This document shows, piece after piece, positions 11,601 through 22,439 of a stretch of 46,886 bases of DNA (the first letter of the stretch is position 1; each line of letters starts with the position of its first letter). The translations under genes were made by a program, and so were the position numbers. The notes under the pieces are model-generated. The model was not told where the DNA came from and did no database searches. It saw only the letters and a list, made by a program, of their open reading frames with translations. The DNA lies in NCBI RefSeq assembly GCF_004010195.1, contig NW_025214588.1:1-46886 (forward strand), read 5' to 3'. The stretch comes from Chiloscyllium plagiosum (lineage: Eukaryota).

Positions 11601-14154
11601 CCTCCCGTGTTAATATCACTCAGCCGTCACCTCCTCCCGTGTTAATATCACTCAGCCGTCACCTCCTCCCGTGTTAATATCACTCAGCCGTCACCTCCTC
11701 CCGTGTTAATATCACTCAGCCGTCACCTCCTCCCGTGTTAATATCACTCAGCCGTCACCTCCTCCCGTGTTAATATCACTCAGCCGTCACCTCCTCCCGT
11801 GTTAATATCACTCAGCCGTCACCTCCTCCCGTGTTAATATCACTCAGCCGTCACCTCCTCCCGTGTTAATATCACTCAGCCGTCACCTCCTCCCGTGTTA
11901 ATATCACTCAGCCGTCACCTCCTCCCGTGTTAATATCACTCAGCCGTCACCTCCTCCCGTGTTAATATCACTCAGCCGTCACCTCCTCCCGTGTTAATAT
12001 CACTCAGCCGTCACCTCCTCCCGTGTTAATATCACTCAGCCGTCACCTCCTCCCGTGTTAATATCACTCAGCCGTCACCTCCTCCCGTGTTAATATCACT
12101 CAGCCGTCACCTCCTCCCGTGTTAATATCACTCAGCCGTCACCTCCTCCCGTGTTAATATCACTCAGCCGTCACCTCCTCCCGTGTTAATATCACTCAGC
12201 CGTCACCTCCTCCCGTGTTAATATCACTCAGCCGTCACCTCCTCCCGTGTTAATATCACTCAGCCGTCACCTCCTCCCGTGTTAATATCACTCAGCCGTC
12301 ACCTCCTCCCGTGTTAATATCACTCAGCCGTCACCTCCTCCCGTGTTAATATCACTCAGCCGTCACCTCCTCCCGTGTTAATATCACTCAGCCGTCACCT
12401 CCTCCCGTGTTAATATCACTCAGCCGTCACCTCCTCCCGTGTTAATATCACTCAGCCGTCACCTCCTCCCGTGTTAATATCACTCAGCCGTCACCTCCTC
12501 CCGTGTTAATATCACTCAGCCGTCACCTCCTCCCGTGTTAATATCACTCAGCCGTCACCTCCTCCCGTGTTAATATCACTCAGCCGTCACCTCCTCCCGT
12601 GTTAATATCACTCAGCCGTCACCTCCTCCCGTGTTAATATCACTCAGCCGTCACCTCCTCCCGTGTTAATATCACTCAGCCGTCACCTCCTCCCGTGTTA
12701 ATATCACTCAGCCGTCACCTCCTCCCGTGTTAATATCACTCAGCCGTCACCTCCTCCCGTGTTAATATCACTCAGCCGTCACCTCCTCCCGTGTTAATAT
12801 CACTCAGCCGTCACCTCCTCCCGTGTTAATATCACTCAGCCGTCACCTCCTCCCGTGTTAATATCACTCAGCCGTCACCTCCTCCCGTGTTAATATCACT
12901 CAGCCGTCACCTCCTCCCGTGTTAATATCACTCAGCCGTCACCTCCTCCCGTGTTAATATCACTCAGCCGTCACCTCCTCCCGTGTTAATATCACTCAGC
13001 CGTCACCTCCTCCCGTGTTAATATCACTCAGCCGTCACCTCCTCCCGTGTTAATATCACTCAGCCGTCACCTCCTCCCGTGTTAATATCACTCAGCCGTC
13101 ACCTCCTCCCGTGTTAATATCACTCAGCCGTCACCTCCTCCCGTGTTAATATCACTCAGCCGTCACCTCCTCCCGTGTTAATATCACTCAGCCGTCACCT
13201 CCTCCCGTGTTAATATCACTCAGCCGTCACCTCCTCCCGTGTTAATATCACTCAGCCGTCACCTCCTCCCGTGTTAATATCACTCAGCCGTCACCTCCTC
13301 CCGTGTTAATATCACTCAGCCGTCACCTCCTCCCGTTAATGTCACTCAGCCGTCACCTCCTCCCGTGTTAATATCACTTGGCCGTCACCTCCTCCCGTGT
13401 TAATATCACTCGGCCATCACCTCCTCCCGTGTTAATATCACTCGGCCATCACCTCCTCCCGTGTTAATCTCACTCAGCCGTCACCTCCTCCCATGTTAAT
13501 ATCACTCAGCTGTCACCTCCTCCCGTGTTAATGTCACTCAGCTGTCACCTCCTCCCGTGTTAATATCACTCAACTGTCACCTCCTCCCGTGTTATTATCA
13601 CTTGGCCGTCACCTCCTTCCCTGTTAATATCACTCAGCTGTCACCTCCTCCCGTGTTAATATCACTCAGCCGTCACCTCCTCCCGTGTTAATTTCACTCA
13701 TGCGTCACCTCCTCCCGTGTTAATATCACTCAGCTGTCACCTCCTCCCGTGTTAATATCACTCAGCTGTCACCTCCTCCCGTGTTAATATCACTCAGCCG
13801 ACACCTCCTCCCGTGTTAATATCACTCAGCCGTCACCTCCTCCCGTGTGAATATCACTCGGCCGTCACCTCCTCCCGTGTGAATATCACTCGGCCGTCAC
13901 CTCCTCCCGTGTTAATGTCACTCAACTGTCACCTCCTCCCGTGTTAATGTCACTCAACTGTCAACTCCTCCCACGTTAATATCACTCAGCCGTCACCTCC
14001 TCCCGTGTTAATATCACTCAACTGTCACCTCCTCCCGTGTTAATATCACTCAGCCGACACCTCCTCCCGTGTTAATATCACTCAGCCGTCACCTCCTCCC
14101 GTGTTAATATCACTGAGCCGACACCTCCTCCCGTGTTAATATCACTCAGCCATC
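5682..14154. repeat. 32-bp tandem repeat array (GTGTTAATATCACTCAGCCGTCACCTCCTCCC), about 265 units
   Basis: Directly visible; apparently invariant core from ~5784 to ~13334, with variant units at both edges. Confidence 0.99.
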
Positions 14155-15018
14155 TGACCCCACTGGCATCTTGAGGTAGACTCCTTCAAGCCTCAATGAA
14201 GGCTACACGACATTTTCAGATCGCATGAAGCTTAATTTGGTCTCCAATATTAATACTTTCTGAACTGTTTTAATCCCAACTGATTTTACTCCTGACAATT
14301 TGGCATCAGACTTCATCGTTTTGTTTAAACATAGCACCTGTTACCCCTGTCTTTCACTGAAACATAAGCAGGCTTTGACTTTTATGTTCATTGTATGAGT
14401 GTACCCAAGCCTCTCTATTAATTAATCTTAACAAGTTTCACGCATTTTAGATAAATATATTCTGCTTTACAGTTACTGTGGGAGGAATGGGAGTGTTGAG
14501 AAACTGCAGAGGGAGCAGGAGGGACAATTTGCTGTCTATTTGGGACTGCTACAGCCCAAAAAGTCTACAGCAATAATTTGCCAGCAGAGAAAATTTAGTA
14601 TTGTTTAAACCAGGGAGGAGCATTTGTCCTTATATCCCATAGATTGTTTGCTTAGTGCTGTTGGGACCCTTTCTGAATGAACCATTGCTCTGTGCCAACC
14701 AATTTGTTCACTCTGTGATTACTGGGAAGTAACCAACAATTACAGGCAGTTGTCAGGGACACTGCTGGACAGGTGCAGATGAATGGCTCTGAATTCAATA
14801 AATATTAGCACATTCTGCAGGAACAACCTACAAGCAGCTGATCAATGCTTCTGGCATCATCTGACTGCCATTCATATTCCCTTCACTTAAACAAGATCAG
14901 CAGACAACCCTCGGCAAGTACTGGGAAGCATGCGAAGAATCATCTTTCGAATATTTACTCAAAGATTCTAAGCATCTTTGCAAGGCCCTGTGTTTACTGT
15001 CCACCTCAAATTACTCTT

Positions 15019-15802
15019 TGTTTTCTTTCAGGAGGTCTGACCCTCCATTCTTCTTTCTTTTTTTGTTTTTTCTTTCTTTCTCTTTTTTTTTAAACCCCCA
15101 CACTACCGCCTAACTGCGGTATTGCTTATTTTTTCCCCAGCACCCATGTTGTGTGTGTGCAGGTGTGAGACACAGTGAAAGACACAAAGTGCAAAAATCT
15201 TTATTCAAATTCCACCACCAGGAAGATAGGAAAACACCCGGGTGGCCAGTGACAAACACTGCCCTTCTCATCAAAGGGCAGTGCTGTGTGATCAAAACAG
15301 AGAAGGGGAGGGCAGGGACTAAATCAAAATAGAGTTGAGGGAGAAATGATGCACTCCACTCCCTGCGGCGCCCACCTCTCCCTGAACAACTCCAGGGTGT
15401 TGGTGGACACCGCGTGCTCCTTCTCCAAGGACACCCGGGCTCTAACGTAACCGCGGAAGAGGGGCAGGCAGCCGGCCCTAACGACCCCCTCCACGCCCCG
15501 CTGCCTGGATCTGTTGATGGCCAGTTTGGCCAGGCCCAGGAGCAGAACCACGAGGAGATCTTCAGACCTGCCAAAAGCAGAGGAGGAGGTTTTTAAGAAA
15601 ATCAAAAAGGGAGTGCAAACTCCCACACCCAATATACAGGTGGTCCACAGACTCTACAGCAACACAGAACAAGCAGTTGGGCTGGGAGTCCGTGAACCAT
15701 TGCAATCTGCAGTTGGAGGGGACTGCTGCGTGCAGCATCCTCCACCCCAGATCCCCGAGAGAAAGGGGGAGGACTCCCACGTAGAGAGCCCTTCACTGGG
15801 GA
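15019..15802 (-). mobile_element. 5'-truncated Tx1/L1-type LINE (C-terminal CCHC zinc-knuckle region and 3'UTR) with 14-bp TSD
   Basis: ORF 15562-15780 (LGWRMLH...CLFC...ESVDHLYIGC) and ORF 15324-15632 (LLLGLAKLAINRSR...FRERW); A-rich tail on the minus strand; direct repeat ctcaaattactctt at 15005-15018 and 15803-15816. Confidence 0.85.
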
Positions 15803-15840
15803 CTCAAATTACTCTTGATAAATCACCTTCTTCAGCAATT

Positions 15841-16152
15841 GGGTGGCACATTGGTTCTGTGGTTAGCACTGCTGCCTCACAGCACTAGGGACCTGGGTTT
15901 GATTCCACCCTCAGGAGTTTGCATGTTCTTTCTGTGTCTGCATGGGTTTCCTCCCACAGTCCAAAGATGTGCAGGTTAGGGTGGACTGGCCATGCTAATT
16001 TGCCTATAGTGTCAAGGGATGTGCAGGCTAGGTAGATTAGCCACGGTTACAGAGATAGGGTAAGGGGTGTGTGTCTGGGTGAGATGTTGTTCTGAGGATC
16101 AGTGTGGACTCGATGGGCCGAATGGCCTGCTTCCACACTGTAAGAATTCTAT
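15841..16152 (+). mobile_element. HE1-type tRNA-derived SINE
   Basis: gtggttagcactgctgcctcacagc...gggtttgattcc...ggtttcctcccacagtccaaagatgtgcagg...gggccgaatggcctg tail. Confidence 0.85.
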
Positions 16153-16420
16153 GAAAAGCTTCCCCTGGTACAGGGGCCAAGTGATATTGTACACAGAGAT
16201 TCCCATGCCAGCCCTGTTAAGTTCCATCAATGGAACAGGATTTCATTCCCTCATATCTTGTTTTGTCACCCTGGACATTGTATCATGGGGGAGTGTGCTC
16301 TTTATCAAATGCAGATCAACCTTTCATACTATGGTCACTCTCAACGCTACCTGTATCTTTCAACAAAAGGCTGATTACAAGACACCAAGAACTCTCCCAT
16401 CGGAAATGACACCAGAAATT

Positions 16421-16542
16421 ACACACACACACACATGCGCACACACACACACACGCACACACACACAGACACACACGCACACACAGACACACACACACAC
16501 ACACACATACACACACACACACACACACGCACACACACACAC
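16421..16542. repeat. (CA)n microsatellite abutting an assembly gap
   Basis: Directly visible. Confidence 0.95.
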
Positions 16543-16598
16543 NNNNNNNNNNNNNNNNNNNNNNNNNNNNNNNNNNNNNNNNNNNNNNNNNNNNNNNN
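16543..16598. other. Assembly gap (N run)
   Basis: Run of N. Confidence 0.99.
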
Positions 16599-17175
16599 GG
16601 ACATTGGTTAGGCCACTGTTGGAATATTGCGTGCAATTCTGGTCTACTTCCTATCGGAAAGATGTTGTGAAACTTGAAAGGGTTCAGAAAAGATTTACAA
16701 GGATGTTGCCACGGTTGGAGGATCTGAGCTACAGGGAGAGGCTGAACATGCTGGGGCTGTTTTCCCTGGAGCGTTGGATGCTAAGGTTTACAAAATTATA
16801 GAGGTTTACAAAATTATGAGGGGCATAGATAGGATAAATAGACAAAGTCTTTTCCCTGTGATCGGGGAGTTCAGAACTAGAGGGCATAGGTTTAGGGTGA
16901 GAGGGAAAGATATAAAAGAGACCTAGGGGGCAACGTTTTCACGCAGAGGCTGGTACGTGTATGGAATGAGCTGCCAGAGGAAGTGGTGGATGCTGGTACA
17001 ATTGCAACATTTAAGAGGCATTTGGATGGGTATATGAATAGGAAGGGTTTGGATGGATCTGGGCCAGGTGCTGGCAGGTGGGACTAGATTGGGTTGGGAT
17101 ATCTGGTTGGCATGGATGGGTTGGACCGAAGGGTCTGTTTCCATGCTGTACATCTCTATGACTCTATGACTCTAA
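16599..17175 (+). mobile_element. Young CR1-type LINE 3' end (HER1-like)
   Basis: [15 protein letters not shown]...KLERVQKRFTRMLP...SYRERL; 3' tail ctctatgactctatgactcta. Confidence 0.92.
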
Positions 17176-17272
17176 ACTCAGATAATGCTTCAGCATCATG
17201 AACCATTGAAATGTAGCCCTATACTACAGTACGGAGTGGCTACATGTCAAGATTTCTGATCGAATGCCACAT

Positions 17273-17598
17273 GGGCGGCATGGTGGCACAGTGGTTAGCA
17301 CTGTTGCCTCACAGCGCCAGGGACCCAGGTTCAATTCTTGCCTCAGGACAGCTGTCTGTGTGGAGTTTGCACGTTCTCCCTGTGTCTGTGTGGGTTTCCT
17401 CAGGGTGCTCCGGTTTCCTCCCACAATCCAAAGATGTGCAGGTTAGGTGAATTGACAATGCTAAATTGCCCGTAGTGTTAAGTAAGGGGTAAATGTAAGG
17501 GAATGGGTCTGGGTGGGTTGCTCTTCGGAGGGTCGATGTGGAAATGTTGGGCTGAAGGGCCTGTTTCCACACTGTAGGGAATCTAAGAATCTAAGAAT
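17273..17598 (+). mobile_element. Full-length HE1-type SINE
   Basis: A box tggcacagtgg, B box ggttcaattc, central domain, CR1-like tail and (aatctaag) repeats. Confidence 0.92.
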
Positions 17599-18108
17599 GA
17601 TACATAACCGTGTCACGGTGAAGAAATAGCCCTCCCGTTCAAGAGCCAGTGGAAGAGAATGAAAATGAGGATTAGAAGCAGAAAGAGGTGAGTGAATAAT
17701 GTCTGCAGCTACTTTGAGACCAGGAACGATGAGAATGAAGGCCTGGAATGTTAACCATTAATTGGATGAGCACGGAGGCCAGATAACTAAGGGAACTCCC
17801 ATCACAGTCTGTTTTGTCAGCACATCTCAACCCCAGGTGTTCTCCTGGAGTCACCTACCCAGCAGCAGCGGTAAGGGACTACTTGTGGTCTATTGTCAGA
17901 AGCAGGAGTTGTCCAGCTGCATCCACTTGGTAGACCCTGTGAGATGGGGGAAGACAAGCTTAATGTTCCTACTTGCCTGGCTTCAGTTGTAACCAAAGGC
18001 TGCTCTCCGGAAGCATTGCTCCCTCCACATTGGTGTCCCAACTGCTTAACAGGATTTGATGTTAAGAATGTTCCAAAGTCAGAGGGAGGCTCCTCCGTAT
18101 TGAACTGC

Positions 18109-18112
<4 letters not shown>

Positions 18113-18140
<28 letters not shown>
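18113..18140. repeat. (TC)n microsatellite
   Basis: Directly visible. Confidence 0.9.
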
Positions 18141-18143
<3 letters not shown>

Positions 18144-18774
18144 CTCAAACAACTATCTGTTCATTTTCAGTGCTGAAGAACTCTTATTGGCCATCTTACT
18201 TTGTGAGTCTGCTCTCTAGTTAGGAAGAAGACAATTTGAGGAAGTCACTATGTCCATAGCTGGGACCCCCTCCATTAACCCAATGTGTGGGGATCTCAAT
18301 CCAAAGTCCAAATTCTTGCCCCACTTTCTAAGGGTGTCATGCTGATCTCATTCACATATCATAAATCAACTCAATTGCCAGGCTCCTAAGGTTTTCAATA
18401 TCGATTGTCCTCACCCCAGCCTCTTTCTCCTAACAGCTTTTTGTGCCTCACTTGACTAGATTGGGCCAAAATAGGAGGTTAGGTTAGGTCATGATGCCAA
18501 TGCATACAAGTAGGCCTCTCACTCACAAGATTCCCCTTTCACCACTCACCAGTTGGTTGCAGAATCTGACATTTTGCTCTCAGCGTTGAGAATTTCGTCG
18601 CTGGTAATCGCACCTGATCTCCCCAACTTTCTGGTCAATGCATAAGATATTCAGGGACTTGGAAGATTCTGCACATATTGCATTGTTAAACTGCACAATT
18701 AAAGAATGTTCACTTGAAATTCATAGAATGCTGTTTTGAATAGAACTGCCGTTGGAGCGTGCATTTAAATTTAT

Positions 18775-19115
18775 GTGAGTTTTAATGTGAGTGTATGTTT
18801 GTGAGTGTCTATTTATCAGCATGTATATGTTTGCACACATATGTTCACGTGTATTAATGTGTGAGTATGAGTGAATATGTATTCAAGTGAGGGGGCATAT
18901 GTGCCTGTATGGGTGAGTGTGTGTATGTGCGCATGTGAGTGCTTTTTAGCATGTGAGTGAATGAGTGTGTGTTTGTGTGTGATTGTCTGTGCACATGATT
19001 CTGTGTTTGAGGGTGTGAGTGAGTGTGTCTGTGTATGTATGCATGAGGGAGAGAGAGAGAGTGTGTGTGTGTATGAGGGAGAGTGTATGCGTGTGTATAT
19101 GTGTTTGTGTGCATG
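18775..19115. repeat. Degenerate (GT/GA)-rich low-complexity repeat
   Basis: Directly visible; source of the His/Thr-rich spurious ORFs. Confidence 0.85.
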
Positions 19116-19537
19116 CCACTGTGGATGGCAGAAATAGTGCCAACTTTGTAAAATGACCCAAGAATTCTAGCATAGTCACTCTGCCCTTATAAACCTCGAT
19201 TAACAAAAGAAATGATCATATATCCCTTCCTGATCAATCCATCCCGCTGTCCTGCCACACTCAGTGATCTATGGACAAGCTGTGCAACGTTCCCTCTGTT
19301 CCTCTCCACTTCTATCACTACAATTTATCCCTTGCCCTTGTTGCATTCCCAAAATGCACTTCCTCAGACTTCTCTGCATTCTATTCCATTTGTCATTTTT
19401 CTAGATCTCTTCCTGCAGGTTTTGCTTTTGTCATTATCAACCATTGTAGGATATGCAACAAAAGAAGGAAGAACTTTCATTCTGATAGCAACCGTATGCA
19501 TCCTCTTTATATACTGAAGTCTGTCACATCCAATGAA

Positions 19538-19664
19538 TCGGAGATGCCGGTGTTGGACTGGGGTGTACAAAGTTAAAAATCACACAACACCAGGTTATAG
19601 TCCAACAGGTTTAATTGGAAGCACACTAGCTTTCGGAGCGACGTTGTGTGATTTTTAATTTTGT
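19538..19664. mobile_element. Short Penelope-like terminal fragment with internal inversion and 12-bp TSD
   Basis: TSD acatccaatgaa at 19526-19537 and 19665-19676; 25-bp inverted repeat 19564-19588 / 19643-19667; half hammerhead (cgtcgctcc-GAAA-gcta) on the minus strand. Confidence 0.7.
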
Positions 19665-20849
19665 ACATCCAATGAAATTCTTTTGAAATTTAATCATCGT
19701 TGATGCAGGGAAATCTGGTGGCCAAACCTCACTCACCAGAGTCCACAAACAGCAATGAGCCAAATCACTCAAGTTGAAAAAAAAATCGCACTTCCTAAAA
19801 GTCAGTAACACTTGGATACCATGATCGAACTCATTAGACCCTTTTAACAAACAGTTTATAGTGTGATGCACATCTGCAGGACTTTTTTTTTCTGAATGAT
19901 TCTGATGAAGTGGATTAAATTACCTACCTCCATCGCTATTAACCTAATGAGCTTCCAAATTATGGTACACGAAACCGTGTGAAAATGCTCCTCACGTAGG
20001 GAAAATTTAAAAGTGTCACCTCTGTTGAGACAACAGAGAAACAAAGTGCCAATGGGGAATGTATGCGCAGCAATAAATTGCCAATTTCATCAGACAGGAG
20101 AAAGTTTGTCTAAAATGCTTTTACTGATTTAATCCAACGTTATTTTTCTGACATTGTGCATTTAAAAGATATTGAAATGAAATGCCCAGGGCTGTCAGCT
20201 ATGATCATGACAGGGAGTATGATAGTATATATCCTGGTGGCTTTCACATATTGAAATACACGGGCTCAGAATTGAACACCCAGTAGTGAAATGCTTCCAA
20301 CATGAGGTTGAAAATTTAGGGATCGAATGTCTGTTTTAACAGCAAAATTCTACTCTCAAAGGTCTGTGATATTTGAATATATAAATTATACTTGTTCATG
20401 AAATTGACCGTGCCTTCAGGCTGTGCAAGGATCTATCTGTACAACCAAGATGTGAATGAATTTGTATTTGTCTCTCTAACGATTGGAAGTTTACAGACAT
20501 TGGAACAGAAAGAGTAGAGGAAAATGCTTGGTACTTTGCCACTTTTTGTCATTCGCAACTTGCTGAGGAATTATTCAATCTAAGATCACACGGATTTTCT
20601 TGGCTGACTTATTCAGACTGCTCATTGGAAAGATAAGAGAAGCTCGAAGCCCCAGAATGCACATTCTGTTTCATGTATGAACTCCAGAATATCTTCACTG
20701 TCTTGGAAGAGTACCGCAAGTAGTTTTGTCAGCCACAGCAGCTCAAGTTCTGCAGGTGCAAGTTACTGTAGATGTTAGAATCTGTACAGAAAACAAAAAC
20801 AAATTCTGGAAATCACAGTGGGTCAAGCAGCATCTGTGGAGAGAGAGAG

Positions 20850-20895
20850 AGCAAGCTAATGTTTCGAATCTAGATGATCCTTCATCAGAGCTTTG
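20850..20895 (-). ncRNA. Minimal type I hammerhead ribozyme motif within a Penelope-like fragment (~20785-20895)
   Basis: Minus strand: aagct-CTGATGA-a-ggatc(atcta)gattc-GAAA-c-ATT-agctt; 5-bp stem I, 5-bp stem II, NUH triplet. Confidence 0.65.
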
Positions 20896-20959
20896 GGTTT
20901 TGGGGCTTGAGCAGTACATCTATGGGTGGTTAACACATTTATTAACTAAGCCAAGAGAT

Positions 20960-21510
20960 GTAGTGGCATTGTGGTACTGTTGCAGAATGCTTTCTCCTTT
21001 GGTGCATGGGTTCAAATCCAGCTATAGCAGATAGTGAAATTAAAAAAAATATGCAATTATACATGAGTCTGGTGTTCACAGTTGAGTTGTTGTTGATTGT
21101 TGTAAAGGTCTATCTGGTTCACTAGTATGAACATTAAGGGGAGAAAATCTGCTATGACTAACATAGAAATTGCTGAAAAAGCTCAGCAGATCTGGTATTA
21201 TCTGTGAAAGGAAAGGCAAAGTTAATGTTTCGGGTCCAAATTTGAAGAAGGGTCACTGGGCCTGAGACTTTAAATGTGCTTTCTTTCCATAGACCCTCTG
21301 AACTTCTCCACCAATTTCTGCTTTTGTTTCTGGTTCCCAGCATTCCCAGTTCTTTGGGGTTTTTTTTGGAAATCTGCTGGTCTGCCCTGCATGTGACTGT
21401 ATAGCTACATTAATGTGGTTGACACTTAACCCTCTAAAACGGTCGAGCAATTAGGGATGGCCAAAACATACTGGCCATGTTGGCAGGATACACATCCATG
21501 AAAAAAGGTT
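20960..21510 (+). mobile_element. Decayed second-family SINE interrupted by a Penelope-like insertion
   Basis: gtggcattgtgg, gggttcaaatcc, atctggttcacta and attagggatgg motifs flank the insertion. Confidence 0.65.
21154..21369. mobile_element. Penelope-like inverted terminal fragments nested in a SINE
   Basis: Left arm (agaaattgctgaaaaagctcagcag...gtttcgggtcc) is roughly the reverse complement of the right arm (tgaagaagggtcactgggcctgagac...ccaatttctg); flanking direct repeat aaatctgct at 21145-21153 and 21370-21378. Confidence 0.6.
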
Positions 21511-21634
21511 TTTCACATGCAATCATGTTTTAGCTTTAAGATGATGCAGATAGAAAGGGAATGAGAAGGGTAGCTTGGAGCAAAAGGGATAGCAAATGCT
21601 GATGACAGTAGAGAGGAGATATAGATGAAGAATG

Positions 21635-21952
21635 AGCATCACAGTGGCTCAGTAGTTAGCACTGCTGCCTCCCAGCAATCCACGCCTCAGGCGACTTGGC
21701 TGTGTGGAGTTTGCACATTTTCCGTGTGGGTTTCCTCCAGGTACTCCGGTTTCCTACTACAATCCAAAGATGTGCAGATTAGGTGAATTGGCCAGGCTAA
21801 TTTGCCCATAGTGACAGGTGCATTAGTCAGAGGTAAATATAGGGGGTAGGGGAATGGGTCTGGGTGGGTTACTCTTCGGAGGATTGGTGTGGACTTATTG
21901 GGCTGAAGGGCTTGTTTCCATACTGGCAAGAATCTAATCTTATCTAATCTAA
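21635..21952 (+). mobile_element. HE1-type SINE
   Basis: Homologous to 17273-17598; (aatct)n tail. Confidence 0.88.
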
Positions 21953-22439
21953 TTGAGTTACCGCCAGACAGGCAGTGTAGGACTCCACTGAGTACATTCC
22001 AGGTTCCAGGTGACTTTATGCTCTGAATGCTGATGAAAGTGATGCTTCATTTGGAGAGTACAACTAGAGTCAAGTCCGTGACACCACAAACAGCTCAGCT
22101 GTACAAACGGTCATAAGGAAGAGCATTAATGAGAGGAGATTCAGCACTTAGGGAACAGTTAGGTATCCCTACAGTTGAATCATAAATCCAAGATGGCATA
22201 GTGCCAGGGCCATCGATATCTTTGTAAGGCTGCAGAGCACCCTGAGGCGATTGGCTGAACAGGCAGCAGTTATGGTCTGCGTTGACACCAACAACATAGA
22301 TAGACATATGGATGTGGTCCTGCAGTCAGAATTTCGGGATCTAGGTAGGAAATTAGCAAGTTGGATTTAAAAGACCTCTGTATTTAAATAATCTCTGCGT
22401 TATTCCAACACTATGCCTAAGCTGACAGTCTTCAAACAA

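Noticed and set aside
5682..14154. 32-bp repeat as a CRISPR array
   Set aside because: Units are head-to-tail with no unique spacers, there are no cas genes and the context is vertebrate
16067..16801. 244-aa ORF
   Set aside because: Chimera of SINE tail, CA microsatellite, N gap and CR1 sequence
17273..17345. tRNA gene
   Set aside because: tRNA-derived head of an HE1 SINE, continuing into the SINE body and tail; the same applies to the other copies
18854..19206. His/Thr-rich minus-strand ORFs
   Set aside because: Translation of degenerate (CA)n low-complexity sequence
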